59,891 nt of DNA, taken from positions 29,277 through 89,167 of the forward strand of contig CAZBTH010000005.1 of NCBI GenBank assembly GCA_964494885.1, read 5' to 3'. Positions 9,377-18,372 of the stretch are shown here, piece after piece. Position 1 is the first letter of the stretch. Every line of letters begins with the position of its first letter. The position numbers and the translations under genes are program-made. The notes beneath the pieces are model-generated. The model worked only from the letters and a program-made list of their open reading frames with translations. It was not told the DNA's origin and ran no database searches. Source of the DNA: an uncultured Gammaproteobacteria bacterium (GTDB taxonomy: Bacteria; Patescibacteriota; Microgenomatia; UBA8517).

Positions 9377-10690
9377 TTACTTTTTGGACTCTTTGTTCGA
9401 CTTCGGAGTAAAATCGCGAAGTCTGAAAACAATCTTGCCCGTGCCAAACATATTCCAAATATCGCAAACCAGACAGTCTTTTGATACTACTTTACCAATC
9501 TCAACCAAAGACAAGTCCTTATAAGCATCGTGGTTGGTGCCTACCATAACTATATCCGCATCTATTAGTGTTTCATCCAGTGGCTCCGAATACATAAGAG
9601 GGTCTGTTATAGAAACCTTTCCGCCTTCTGCTGCAAAATACTTGGCTAGTTTAGGCACAAGGGAAAATCTGGAATCGTCAATGTTCTTTTTAAACGCCAA
9701 TCCTAAAATTGCAACCTTTTTACCGTTCACATTCCCGACTTCGGCTTTAACTCTTTTGAAAAGATAACCGGGAATGTTTTCATTAAGTCTCCAGGAAGCC
9801 ATTACCAGTTCCATAAACGGGCTTTTATCAATCAGGAAAAACCCATCTTTGACAAGACAAGGCCCTGCAGTAAGTCCCGGCGACTTGAGTCCAGCGCGTT
9901 TATAACCATTGTTCACCAGATTTAATACTTCGTAAATATCGCATCCGTAGTCTTCCGCAATCATCATGAACTCGTTGCCGATTGCAAAATCGATGTATCG
10001 ATACATATTACAAAAAAGTTTAGACAATTCAGCCGCCTCAGGTTTTGAATAATGAATTGTTTTTGTAATCTTTGAAAAGATTTTAGTAGCTTCTTTAGCA
10101 CTTTCGGGTTCGGTCGTACCGATTATTTGTGGTATTTGAACCAATTCCTCAACCGACTTGCCCTCAGCGATCCGTTCCGGACAATAAGCCATATAAATAT
10201 CCTTCCCCACCTTAAGTTTTGTACGTTCCTCAACAAATCTCACCAACTGTCTTAGACTTCCCGGAGAAATAGTGCTTCTTAGAATTATTACATGCCCTTT
10301 TTGTATAAATGGGGTTAGTTCTGAAAAGAGTTTCTCTATTTGACTATGATCGGGACTATAAGTCGAGTCGATCGGGGTTCCTAATGTAAGAATTATGTAT
10401 TTATTTTCGGAAAGGGATTCTTTAATATGATCCGAGGAATAAATTCTGAATTTATTACCGATGTATTTTTGAAGCAGCTCATCTGCCCCCTCTTCCAAAA
10501 AAGGCATTTTCTTGCTCTGAAGAAAAGCAACCCTTGCCGGGTCCACATCAATACCCGACACATCAAACCCTTTGTCCGCTAGAACAAGGGCTAGGGGTAA
10601 ACCAACCCTTCCGATACCAAACACTACTATGTTGTTTTCTTTGAGCACACGGCTATGGTACATAAAGATCATTTGTTTATCAAGAAGCAA
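9377..10690 (-). CDS. Nucleotide-sugar dehydrogenase (UDP-glucose/GDP-mannose dehydrogenase family; WecC/WbpA-like)
   Basis: N-terminal VFGIGRVGLPLALVLADKGFDVSGIDVD (GxGxxG), central YCPERIAEGK, C-terminal GLAFKKNIDDSRFS. The track start is TTG 10690. ATG alternatives lie at 10672 and 10663. Confidence 0.9.
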   Translation of the reverse strand: MLLDKQMIFMYHSRVLKENNIVVFGIGRVGLPLALVLADKGFDVSGIDVDPARVAFLQSKKMPFLEEGADELLQKYIGNKFRIYSSDHIKESLSENKYIILTLGTPIDSTYSPDHSQIEKLFSELTPFIQKGHVIILRSTISPGSLRQLVRFVEERTKLKVGKDIYMAYCPERIAEGKSVEELVQIPQIIGTTEPESAKEATKIFSKITKTIHYSKPEAAELSKLFCNMYRYIDFAIGNEFMMIAEDYGCDIYEVLNLVNNGYKRAGLKSPGLTAGPCLVKDGFFLIDKSPFMELVMASWRLNENIPGYLFKRVKAEVGNVNGKKVAILGLAFKKNIDDSRFSLVPKLAKYFAAEGGKVSITDPLMYSEPLDETLIDADIVMVGTNHDAYKDLSLVEIGKVVSKDCLVCDIWNMFGTGKIVFRLRDFTPKSNKESKK

Positions 10691-10696
10691 TCCGAT

Positions 10697-10702
10697 ATTA
10701 TA
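10697..10702 (-). promoter_or_regulatory. -10-like TATAAT, 6 nt upstream of the TTG start (10690) of the dehydrogenase gene
   Basis: The minus strand reads TATAAT-atcgga-TTG. The hexamer overlaps the ATG of the divergent GT4 gene. Confidence 0.3.
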
Positions 10703-11946
10703 TGAAGGTTAATTTGATTATGTTAACCTACGACAGCCGAATATTAATAGCCACCTTCTCACCTTGGAAAAAGGGCAAAAGACTGCCCACAAACGGGATG
10801 GTCGAGCCATTGGTTGACTATTTTTCCGATAGATTTGAGGATGTCTATCTTTTGGATCAACCACACCCCGGGTCGGATATTCTAATTCCAAGAGTCGAAA
10901 TTTACAAAAACGGTAAATTAAGAAAGATTAAAAGCTCCTCTTTTTTTGTTTCGGCACTCTCCCCTCTCCTTGCTGCCCAAAACGTTTCGGCAACACAGAT
11001 CTCATTTAAACTCAGGGATTTTTTGTCGGTAATCGATCTGGTGATCGGACAAAAGCTAAAAATTGACTTATTTATCGGATTTGAATCAGTTAACGCAATA
11101 GCTGGTATTTTTCTTAAAAAGATTGGCTTTATAAAAAAAGTTATTTATTATGTTTCCGATTTCTCACCAAAAAGATATAAATCCGGATGGTTTAACAAAT
11201 TATATCTATATCTTGATAAAACGGCGGCCAGGTATTCTGACGCAACATGGAACGTTTCGGAAGCAATGCCAGCGGCCCGGAAAAAACTGGGCTATGATAT
11301 GAAAAATTTTTCTCCTCAGATACTGGCACCCAATGCTTTTTTTAAAAAGGAAATTAAGTTCTTACCACTTGAGAAAACAAAACCGTATAGCATCATTTAT
11401 GCCGGGACCTTGGGTTTGGAAAACGGCCCTGACCTGGCAATTCAAATGATGCCACAGATAATAAAAAGGTTCCCGTCCGCTTCTTTAACAATCGCAGGTG
11501 GCGGAAGACCTGAAGATGAAAAATTACTCAAAGATTTAATTCAAAAATTAAATCTTGAAAAAAGTGTTAATTTCGTGGGGTTTGTTCCTACCAACAAGGA
11601 GCTTTATGAACTAGTCCGGAAACACAGGATTCTAATTGCCCCATACAAAGCTATACGCGAATCCGTTAGATGGTACGCAGACGCGGTAAAAATAAGAATG
11701 GCTTTAGCTTGTGGTTTACCGGTCGTCACCACCCAAGTCCCCCCTAACGGCAAATTAGCAGAAAAAGCAGGAGCAGGAATAATAACAAAGGACAACCCAA
11801 AAGATTTGGCAAAAACCGTAATTGGCATTTTCTCGGACAAAAAACAATATTTAAAAATGAGGAATGCGGCAATTGCTGCAGCAAAAGAAAATACCTGGGA
11901 AAATTCATATAGCTCCGCTCTTAACAAAATGAACCTTACCAATTAG
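10702..11946 (+). CDS. Glycosyltransferase, GT-B fold (GT4-like); paralog of 14477..15610 and 21102..22199
   Basis: C-terminal half is GT4-like (GLENGPDLAIQMMPQIIKRFPSASLTIAGGG ... ACGLPVVTT). The N-terminal half shares KVIYYVSDFSPKRY ... SDATWNVSEAM with the two paralogs. Confidence 0.85.
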   Translation: MKVNLIMLTYDSRILIATFSPWKKGKRLPTNGMVEPLVDYFSDRFEDVYLLDQPHPGSDILIPRVEIYKNGKLRKIKSSSFFVSALSPLLAAQNVSATQISFKLRDFLSVIDLVIGQKLKIDLFIGFESVNAIAGIFLKKIGFIKKVIYYVSDFSPKRYKSGWFNKLYLYLDKTAARYSDATWNVSEAMPAARKKLGYDMKNFSPQILAPNAFFKKEIKFLPLEKTKPYSIIYAGTLGLENGPDLAIQMMPQIIKRFPSASLTIAGGGRPEDEKLLKDLIQKLNLEKSVNFVGFVPTNKELYELVRKHRILIAPYKAIRESVRWYADAVKIRMALACGLPVVTTQVPPNGKLAEKAGAGIITKDNPKDLAKTVIGIFSDKKQYLKMRNAAIAAAKENTWENSYSSALNKMNLTN

Positions 11947-12020
11947 TGACGCAAGCCTAACACCAAACTGTTTATTTCATTTAATGAAGCTCCGATAGTG
12001 ACAATATTTCCCGGCAAAAT

Positions 12021-13646
12021 CTATTCTATCAAGCTAAGTGTTTTGGTTTTAGAATTATAATAGAACGAGTGAACTTTGGATTTATTTAACTTATTCTCTT
12101 TTATTGTAGGCTCTAATTTTTCTTTGTCAGCAAAATATCCAAATCCATAATTACCGACCTGCGAATATCCACTGCTACCTATTTCAAACAAATAACTGTC
12201 TCGCAACAAATCAGCGGGGATTTTTCCACTCTCATAATATAAGGTCATTAGTGTATACCCCATCCCTTGTTGAAACGGCACTTTATGCCCTGCAATGTAA
12301 TAATCAGAATCGGAGGTGATGTAAAATACATTTATGTTTTGGTTAAGACTCGGGACAGCGGTCTTGAGTTGGTCTATAAATTGCTTCCGCTCAGATGCCG
12401 TTTCCACGTCTCTTTTTAAACCGTCGTTAATATACTTTACATGCCACGCCATAAACAGCAGAAATAATAAAACTATTACAGGTTTGATATAAAAGATTTT
12501 AAATTTTCTGTAAACGCTTAGTAAAAGCCAGGCAAGTATTACACCTGCCGCAACTGAGGATAAATAATAATATCTGGACTCCAAATACGAAAAGCTTTTC
12601 GACACAACGGTATAAGGTAAATAGTTAACTAATAAGAATATGCTAAAAAAAGTAATATATTTCTTCTCCGGACTTGAAGAAAGCTTTAAGAAAACAACTA
12701 CCAAGACCATGATTATGCCACTTAAACAAACAGCCAGTAAATCCAGTACTGCCGTCTGCGCAATTAAGATTGTGGTTGGCGACGACGGGAACGGGTAATA
12801 TGCAAGGGTAAACAATCTGGCAAACCATAAAAATGGTTCAGAAGGTACAAAAACCAACGAAAAAGATGTAAGCGGGTAAAATAGCACCCTGGTTAATAAC
12901 ACCGCCCAATAATTGGAAGTCGCCCCAGTCAGGAATAATGCATCCGGGCCGGTTGTAAACTTAAACTGTAGCAAACGAAAAACCACAATTGTCAGTGAAG
13001 ACAGAAAGAAATACCAATATGTATAAATAAACTTTCTCAATGAATACTTTTTAAAGATCAATGTCGAAAAAGGCAAAAACAGTAACAAAAATATTCCCGT
13101 TTCCTTGAAAAATAACGAGGTATAGACCAGAAGAAAATTAACCAAAAGCCATTTTTTATTGTCGTCTACTAAATATTTAAAGTAAAAAATCAGGGAAACC
13201 AAGATTAATGTGGTTGATGGGAGCGTATTCACCGATGCCGCCATCCATGTAATTGCATTCTGAGAAACACTATTTACTGCAAAAAATAAACCCGCTAAAA
13301 AGGCCATTAGCGAATTCTTAAACAACTTTCCGGTTAAGTGAAAAACTATCAAACTGTTTGTTATATGAAGCGCAATGGCAAATACTGCTACCGGCAGAGT
13401 GTTTCTAGGAAAAAAATTGTGAAATATATATAACAAGACATTTGTAAGTATCCTTCCTTGACCAAGAATAATCCCCCACACCCCCCCCGTACTCTGCAAT
13501 ATCATTCCCTTTCCTTTAACTAAAGAAAGGCCATAACCCAACCACTCGTCTTGCTGAAAAAAAAGTTTAGTAACCGGCATGTAAACGACCAGTATTGTTG
13601 CTGTTATAATAAGGCAATACAAAATCGTTTTCCAGTTTTTATTCAT
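12021..13646 (-). CDS. Polytopic membrane protein, GT-C-like, with a C-terminal extracytoplasmic domain
   Basis: About 11-12 hydrophobic helices. The first loop carries FFQQDEWLGYGL (an acidic DE loop as in ArnT/PMT-type enzymes). The last ~140 aa are non-hydrophobic. Confidence 0.8.
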   Translation of the reverse strand: MNKNWKTILYCLIITATILVVYMPVTKLFFQQDEWLGYGLSLVKGKGMILQSTGGVWGIILGQGRILTNVLLYIFHNFFPRNTLPVAVFAIALHITNSLIVFHLTGKLFKNSLMAFLAGLFFAVNSVSQNAITWMAASVNTLPSTTLILVSLIFYFKYLVDDNKKWLLVNFLLVYTSLFFKETGIFLLLFLPFSTLIFKKYSLRKFIYTYWYFFLSSLTIVVFRLLQFKFTTGPDALFLTGATSNYWAVLLTRVLFYPLTSFSLVFVPSEPFLWFARLFTLAYYPFPSSPTTILIAQTAVLDLLAVCLSGIIMVLVVVFLKLSSSPEKKYITFFSIFLLVNYLPYTVVSKSFSYLESRYYYLSSVAAGVILAWLLLSVYRKFKIFYIKPVIVLLFLLFMAWHVKYINDGLKRDVETASERKQFIDQLKTAVPSLNQNINVFYITSDSDYYIAGHKVPFQQGMGYTLMTLYYESGKIPADLLRDSYLFEIGSSGYSQVGNYGFGYFADKEKLEPTIKENKLNKSKVHSFYYNSKTKTLSLIE

Positions 13647-13721
13647 AATTTTGCTGTGGGTGTCTCAGTGCGGTATTATTATACAGTTATTTTGAATTCC
13701 ATCCATACTAAACTTAAAAAT

Positions 13722-14420
13722 ATGTGGTCCTATATCAAACAAAGAAAAACATATAAAACAGTAAAATGGGCCATTTATAAAATAATCAATATCTTTCTCG
13801 TAGCGATTAATTTAAGAAATCGGGAATATTATTATTCAAAATGGATCGTCGATCGCGGAGATGAAAATTTATATACTAAATATCCACTTTCTACAAAAAG
13901 TTTAGTATTGGACGTTGGAGGGTACGTAGGTAATTTCTCAGATAAAATTAATACGCTCTACAACCCAAAATTAATAATACTCGAACCTGTAAAAAAGTAC
14001 TTTAATGTTTTGAAAAGAAAATACTCAAATTGCGAAAATATCATTTTGTATAATTACGGGTTATCAAACAAAAATTCTTTACAAAAAATTTATATTTCGG
14101 CCGACGGAACCTCACTGATTAAAAAAAGCGACATATCCGAGAAAATTAAATTAATGAACGCCGCCTCTTTTTTTAAAAAATATAGACATATTGACTTACT
14201 TTCGATAAATATTGAGGGAGCAGAATATGATGTTCTGAATAGAATTATAGAAACAGGGAATATTAAAAAAATAAAATATCTTCAAATACAATTCCACTCC
14301 TTCGTCCCAAATGCTATCAACAAAAGAAAAGACATTGTAAAAAACATTTCAAAAACTCACGATATTCATTTTTCTTATCCTTTTGTATGGGAAGCTTTTG
14401 TTCATAAAAAGAAGGTTTAA
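13722..14420 (+). CDS. FkbM-family methyltransferase
   Basis: VLDVGGYVGNFSDKI (SAM motif) and LLSINIEGAEYDVL are typical of the FkbM family. The track ORF starts at 13551, but its first 57 codons overlap the divergent gene and look non-protein-like. ATG 13722 (MWSYIKQRK) is preferred. Confidence 0.85.
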   Translation: MWSYIKQRKTYKTVKWAIYKIINIFLVAINLRNREYYYSKWIVDRGDENLYTKYPLSTKSLVLDVGGYVGNFSDKINTLYNPKLIILEPVKKYFNVLKRKYSNCENIILYNYGLSNKNSLQKIYISADGTSLIKKSDISEKIKLMNAASFFKKYRHIDLLSINIEGAEYDVLNRIIETGNIKKIKYLQIQFHSFVPNAINKRKDIVKNISKTHDIHFSYPFVWEAFVHKKKV

Positions 14421-14476
14421 ATTTTTAAAGCAGCAACATAGTACCCGAAGAAAACCTGCCCATTTAGTTTTCGTGG

Positions 14477-15610
14477 CTAGATATCCAAATCCGAAAATAT
14501 CTTCTCATAATCAAAACCTTTAGAATACTCAATGGCGTTTTTTCTAAATTCGCTATTTATTTTCGGTTTCATGATAAATGTTAGTTTTTCTATTAGATCT
14601 TTGCCATCATCATGAATAATTAAACCGCATTTGCCCTTTTCAATTTCTTTCGCATTCCAAGGAATATTAGTCAAAAGAACGGGTACACCACAAGCCAAAT
14701 AGGTTTTAACCTTGCCAGGATCTGCATAATAAGTATAGTTGTCATTTGTTTTTCTATATGGAGCGATTGCAACAGATGAATTGGCAATTTCATTTTCCAA
14801 TGTAATGGTAACTATTTTGCCAAGAAACTTGCAATATTTACCTACTGAAAGTTGGTTGGCCAGATTAACAAGTTGACCTTTATAATTTCCGTCTCCGATT
14901 ATTTTAAATATAAAATTTGGATTCTTTTTTATTATTTCGGGTATTTTTTTGATAACCACATCAACCCCTTGTTTTGCCAGTAAATGACCCATAAATACTA
15001 AGGTGTTTTTTTGACATGATTTATACGGCACCCTTTTAATACGATCTGTCCAAACCCCATACGGTACAACTCGATGGAATTTATAAACATCTTCGTCAAT
15101 TCCAAAAAATATTTTTCTTCCCTTAATCATTTTTTGTGAAAGATCCCAAACCTCGTCGGAGTTTTTACAAGCGAAGATGTTTATCCTGTGGTAAATTGAA
15201 TTCTTCCACTTATTTTCAAATCGGCCAAAAGGAACAAAGTCCATATTCCAATACACAACCTTCTTGCAGATCCCAAGAGTTTTTAAAAATATTCCAAAAA
15301 GTGCACAAAGCCCGTCCATCCCAACGAATATGTCAATTTTTCTTTTTGCAGATAATAGCCATTTTGCAGTAAAAAAGAATTCCTTAAAATATATTAATGA
15401 CTCAGGAAGAAAAGCGTAGTCCAAAGACTTTTCTCGTTTGATCTTTCTCCAATTTGGATAATGATCAAGCACACTTCTCCGATCTTTTGTATCCGAGAAA
15501 CTATGCTTAATATGGAAGATATTGTACCCATTTTTTTTATGTAAAAAATATACTAAATCATCGTCCGGTTGGGGAAGATGTTTATGGGCAACAATTGCGA
15601 TATTTTTCAT
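14477..15610 (-). CDS. Glycosyltransferase, GT-B fold (GT4-like); paralog of 10702..11946 and 21102..22199
   Basis: KVVYWNMDFVPFGRF ... SDEVWDLSQKM in the N-terminal half. FMGHLLAKQGVDVVIKKIPEIIKKNPNFIFKIIGDG ... ACGVPVLLT in the C-terminal half. Confidence 0.85.
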   Translation of the reverse strand: MKNIAIVAHKHLPQPDDDLVYFLHKKNGYNIFHIKHSFSDTKDRRSVLDHYPNWRKIKREKSLDYAFLPESLIYFKEFFFTAKWLLSAKRKIDIFVGMDGLCALFGIFLKTLGICKKVVYWNMDFVPFGRFENKWKNSIYHRINIFACKNSDEVWDLSQKMIKGRKIFFGIDEDVYKFHRVVPYGVWTDRIKRVPYKSCQKNTLVFMGHLLAKQGVDVVIKKIPEIIKKNPNFIFKIIGDGNYKGQLVNLANQLSVGKYCKFLGKIVTITLENEIANSSVAIAPYRKTNDNYTYYADPGKVKTYLACGVPVLLTNIPWNAKEIEKGKCGLIIHDDGKDLIEKLTFIMKPKINSEFRKNAIEYSKGFDYEKIFSDLDI

Positions 15611-15612
15611 TG

Positions 15613-17460
15613 TTAAAAAAATTTGTTAATCCAATTGGATAAAGTTAGAAGGGCAAAAATGTTATTATGGTGACCCAGATCACTTGAAAAATATTTGTTT
15701 ACGTAGCTATCAAGTTTGTCGTCGTCAAATATCCCCGTTTGTCTGAACTTTTTCGAATTCAATTGGCTTAGTGTATATTCTTTTAGATCTTTCCTTAACC
15801 AATCGCCGATTGGAGCATTAAACCCCCTTTTAGGACGGTTAACTATATTTTCCGGTATTATGTTTTTTTCAATAAGCATCTTTTTAAATATATATTTTTT
15901 GTTAAAATTTTTAATTTTCAAATTCGACGGTATTTTTGCAGTCAATTCCATTAACTCGTAATCCAAAAGCGGAGCCCTTACTTCAAGACTTGCACTCATA
16001 GAAGCTATATCCATTTTGTATAGCAGATCCTCAGGTAAATACGAGTTTATATCCGCTTTTAGCGCATTATCGACATCTGTTAACCTACTATCAAACTGGT
16101 CTTTATCAATCAAAAAAGTGTCATTTGTTATCTTGGAAAGAATGTTTTCTTTATCTTGAGTATTAAAAAAGCTCTTGTAATACATATACCTCTTATAAAA
16201 AGGTGCATCAAAAGTGTCTGAAAATGTTTTAAGCCTGGCTGTCAAAAGATTTGGAGAAAGATTAAAAAGCGAGCTAATAACCGGCTTAACTAAATAATTT
16301 CTCAACTTTCTCGGTAATAAACTATAGTAATCGCCAAAGGCAACGATATTATATCTATCATAACCGGCAAAATTTTCATCTCCGCCGTCACCACTCAACG
16401 CAACCGTCACATCCTTTCTGACAAATCTCGAAAGGAAAAGTGTCGGAATTAGAGAATTGTCTGCAAACGGTTCGTCGTAATAATCCGAAATTTTAGGAAG
16501 TTCTTCTTTGAATATTTTAGAATTAATTTTAATGTATGAGTGGTCTGTACAATACAATTCCGCAATTTGTTTTGAATATCTGGTCTCGTCAAACGCAGGA
16601 TCGGTGAACCCTATACTGAAAGTCTTAATGCGTTTTGCGGAATTCATTGCCATAAAAGCGGTCGTCGCACTTGAATCAACACCACCGCTCAAAAAAGCTC
16701 CTATTGGAACATCAGATACCATTCTGTCTTTGACCGACTTGTTAACTTTTTCTTCCAACAACTCAATCCATTCACTCTCGCTCAGATTAAGTTTTTTAGA
16801 AAAATCCAAATTCCAGTATTTGTTAATTTTTAATTTTCCTTCTTTAAAAATAAAATAACTTGCAGATGGTAACTTGTAGATATTCTTGAAACCGGTCTTT
16901 GGTGCAGGTACATACTGAAGGGTCAGATAATCACTTAGCGCCTCGGTGTCCATCTTTGGTTTTTCTTTAACCACTGACAAAATCCCTTTTATCTCTGAGG
17001 CAAAAACAAAAGTTTTGCCGTCAAAAAAATATTTTAGTGGTTTTTCACCCAGTCTATCCCTTGTGCCAAAAAGTAAGTTGTTTTTCATATCATATATTAC
17101 AAAGGCAAACATACCGTTTAGATATCTCAAACAATTGATTCCCCACTTTTTATATGCATATATAATTACTTCGGTGTCGGAATTGCTTCTAAATTTAAAT
17201 TGTTTTTCGAGTTTTTGCCGGACTTCCATGAAGTTGTATATTTCGCCGTTATAAACAATGCAAATGCTTTTTTCATCATCAAACATCGGCTGGTGCCCTT
17301 TTGGCGAAAGGTCAATAATTGCCAACCTATTAGTACCCAAACCAATATTTCCTTTTATAAAGATTCCACTATCATCCGGCCCACGATGACGGGTTGCCTG
17401 AAGCATTTTTTCAACTTTTTCTCTACCAACATCTCCCACGTAACCTACAATTCCACACAT
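15613..17460 (-). CDS. asnB: Asparagine synthase (glutamine-hydrolysing) family amidotransferase; in this context probably a sugar/uronate amidotransferase
   Basis: N-terminal nucleophile MCGIVGY and PP-loop FLSGGVDSS. A strong SD (AAGGAGGG) lies 7 nt upstream of the ATG. The ATG overlaps the upstream stop by 1 nt (TAATG). Confidence 0.9.
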   Translation of the reverse strand: MCGIVGYVGDVGREKVEKMLQATRHRGPDDSGIFIKGNIGLGTNRLAIIDLSPKGHQPMFDDEKSICIVYNGEIYNFMEVRQKLEKQFKFRSNSDTEVIIYAYKKWGINCLRYLNGMFAFVIYDMKNNLLFGTRDRLGEKPLKYFFDGKTFVFASEIKGILSVVKEKPKMDTEALSDYLTLQYVPAPKTGFKNIYKLPSASYFIFKEGKLKINKYWNLDFSKKLNLSESEWIELLEEKVNKSVKDRMVSDVPIGAFLSGGVDSSATTAFMAMNSAKRIKTFSIGFTDPAFDETRYSKQIAELYCTDHSYIKINSKIFKEELPKISDYYDEPFADNSLIPTLFLSRFVRKDVTVALSGDGGDENFAGYDRYNIVAFGDYYSLLPRKLRNYLVKPVISSLFNLSPNLLTARLKTFSDTFDAPFYKRYMYYKSFFNTQDKENILSKITNDTFLIDKDQFDSRLTDVDNALKADINSYLPEDLLYKMDIASMSASLEVRAPLLDYELMELTAKIPSNLKIKNFNKKYIFKKMLIEKNIIPENIVNRPKRGFNAPIGDWLRKDLKEYTLSQLNSKKFRQTGIFDDDKLDSYVNKYFSSDLGHHNNIFALLTLSNWINKFF

Positions 17461-18278
17461 TATTTTTCCCTCCTTAGTAAATTAAACATTGAGAATTTTA
17501 TTTTTGTGGGCACTACAAGCATCACCGCTATGCGCGAGACAATATACAACCAATCAATTATCCTTGCTTTGTATCCATACTCCATTACCCCCTTTATTCT
17601 CGCATAGATCGCGTATTTTTCTTGCAGTCTGTTTTTTGCTATAGAGCTGGATTTATCATGCATTCTTAATTTAATTAAAACATCTTTGAGGTTCGCAAAT
17701 TTCGATTTTGCCCCAATCCTGAAATAGAGTTCCGCATCTTGGCTCAAGAGAATATTTTCATCATACCCATTTAACTCCTCCAACAATTTCTTACTCCAAA
17801 TAGTCGCCGGATGGGCAAATGGACTATATAAAAATATTATTTTTCTTAACTCCGAATCACCCACAGGATATCTTCTCGTATATCGTCTATTTAGTTTTTC
17901 ATCACACACTTCGGCTGCGCCGCCACTAACACCGACTTCTTTATGTGACTCCATGAAACGAAATTGTTTTTCAAGTCTGTCCGGGTAACTATAGTCATCG
18001 GCATCCATTCGAACAATGTATTTGCCAACTGAAAGGGAAAGACCTTTGTTTAAAACTTTGGAAGTGCCGGCATGTTTTTTAAGAGGGATGAAAACAATCC
18101 TATTGTCTTTTTTTAGATGCTTTTTAATAATTGTTCCTGAAGAGTCGGTAGATGCGTCGTCAACAATAATGAATTCAAATTCTCTAAACGTCTGAGACAG
18201 AATACTTTCAATCGCCACATCAAGATATTTTGCACAATTGTATACGGGCATTAAAACCGATATTTTTATTCCCTTCAT
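17460..18278 (-). CDS. Glycosyltransferase family 2 (GT-A)
   Basis: ISVLMPVYNCAKYLDVAIESILSQTFREFEFIIVDDASTDSS and RMDADD. Confidence 0.9.
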   Translation of the reverse strand: MKGIKISVLMPVYNCAKYLDVAIESILSQTFREFEFIIVDDASTDSSGTIIKKHLKKDNRIVFIPLKKHAGTSKVLNKGLSLSVGKYIVRMDADDYSYPDRLEKQFRFMESHKEVGVSGGAAEVCDEKLNRRYTRRYPVGDSELRKIIFLYSPFAHPATIWSKKLLEELNGYDENILLSQDAELYFRIGAKSKFANLKDVLIKLRMHDKSSSIAKNRLQEKYAIYARIKGVMEYGYKARIIDWLYIVSRIAVMLVVPTKIKFSMFNLLRREK

Positions 18279-18284
18279 CCGGCT

Positions 18285-18293
18285 ATTTTATCA
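18285..18293 (-). promoter_or_regulatory. Extended -10 (TGaTAAAAT), 6 nt upstream of ATG 18278
   Basis: The minus strand reads TGATAAAAT-agccgg-ATG. Confidence 0.4.
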
Positions 18294-18372
18294 CGTACCC
18301 GGTAAAAAACATTGCCTACTGGAATGGACAAATGGGGATACGAAGTATAGACTATAGCCACGAATTGAAACT

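Noticed and set aside
13551-13721. A 57-codon N-terminal extension of the FkbM methyltransferase ORF.
   Set aside because: It overlaps the start of the divergent membrane-protein gene and reads as non-protein-like sequence (…YCCCYNKAIQNRF…). ATG 13722 gives a normal FkbM N-terminus.
15716-17607. Plus-strand ORFs antisense to asnB and the GT2 gene (15716..15961, 16508..16858, 16946..17254, 17200..17607).
   Set aside because: The opposite strand encodes an unmistakable asparagine-synthase-family protein and a GT2. The plus-strand translations are Ser/Phe/Leu-rich antisense artefacts.
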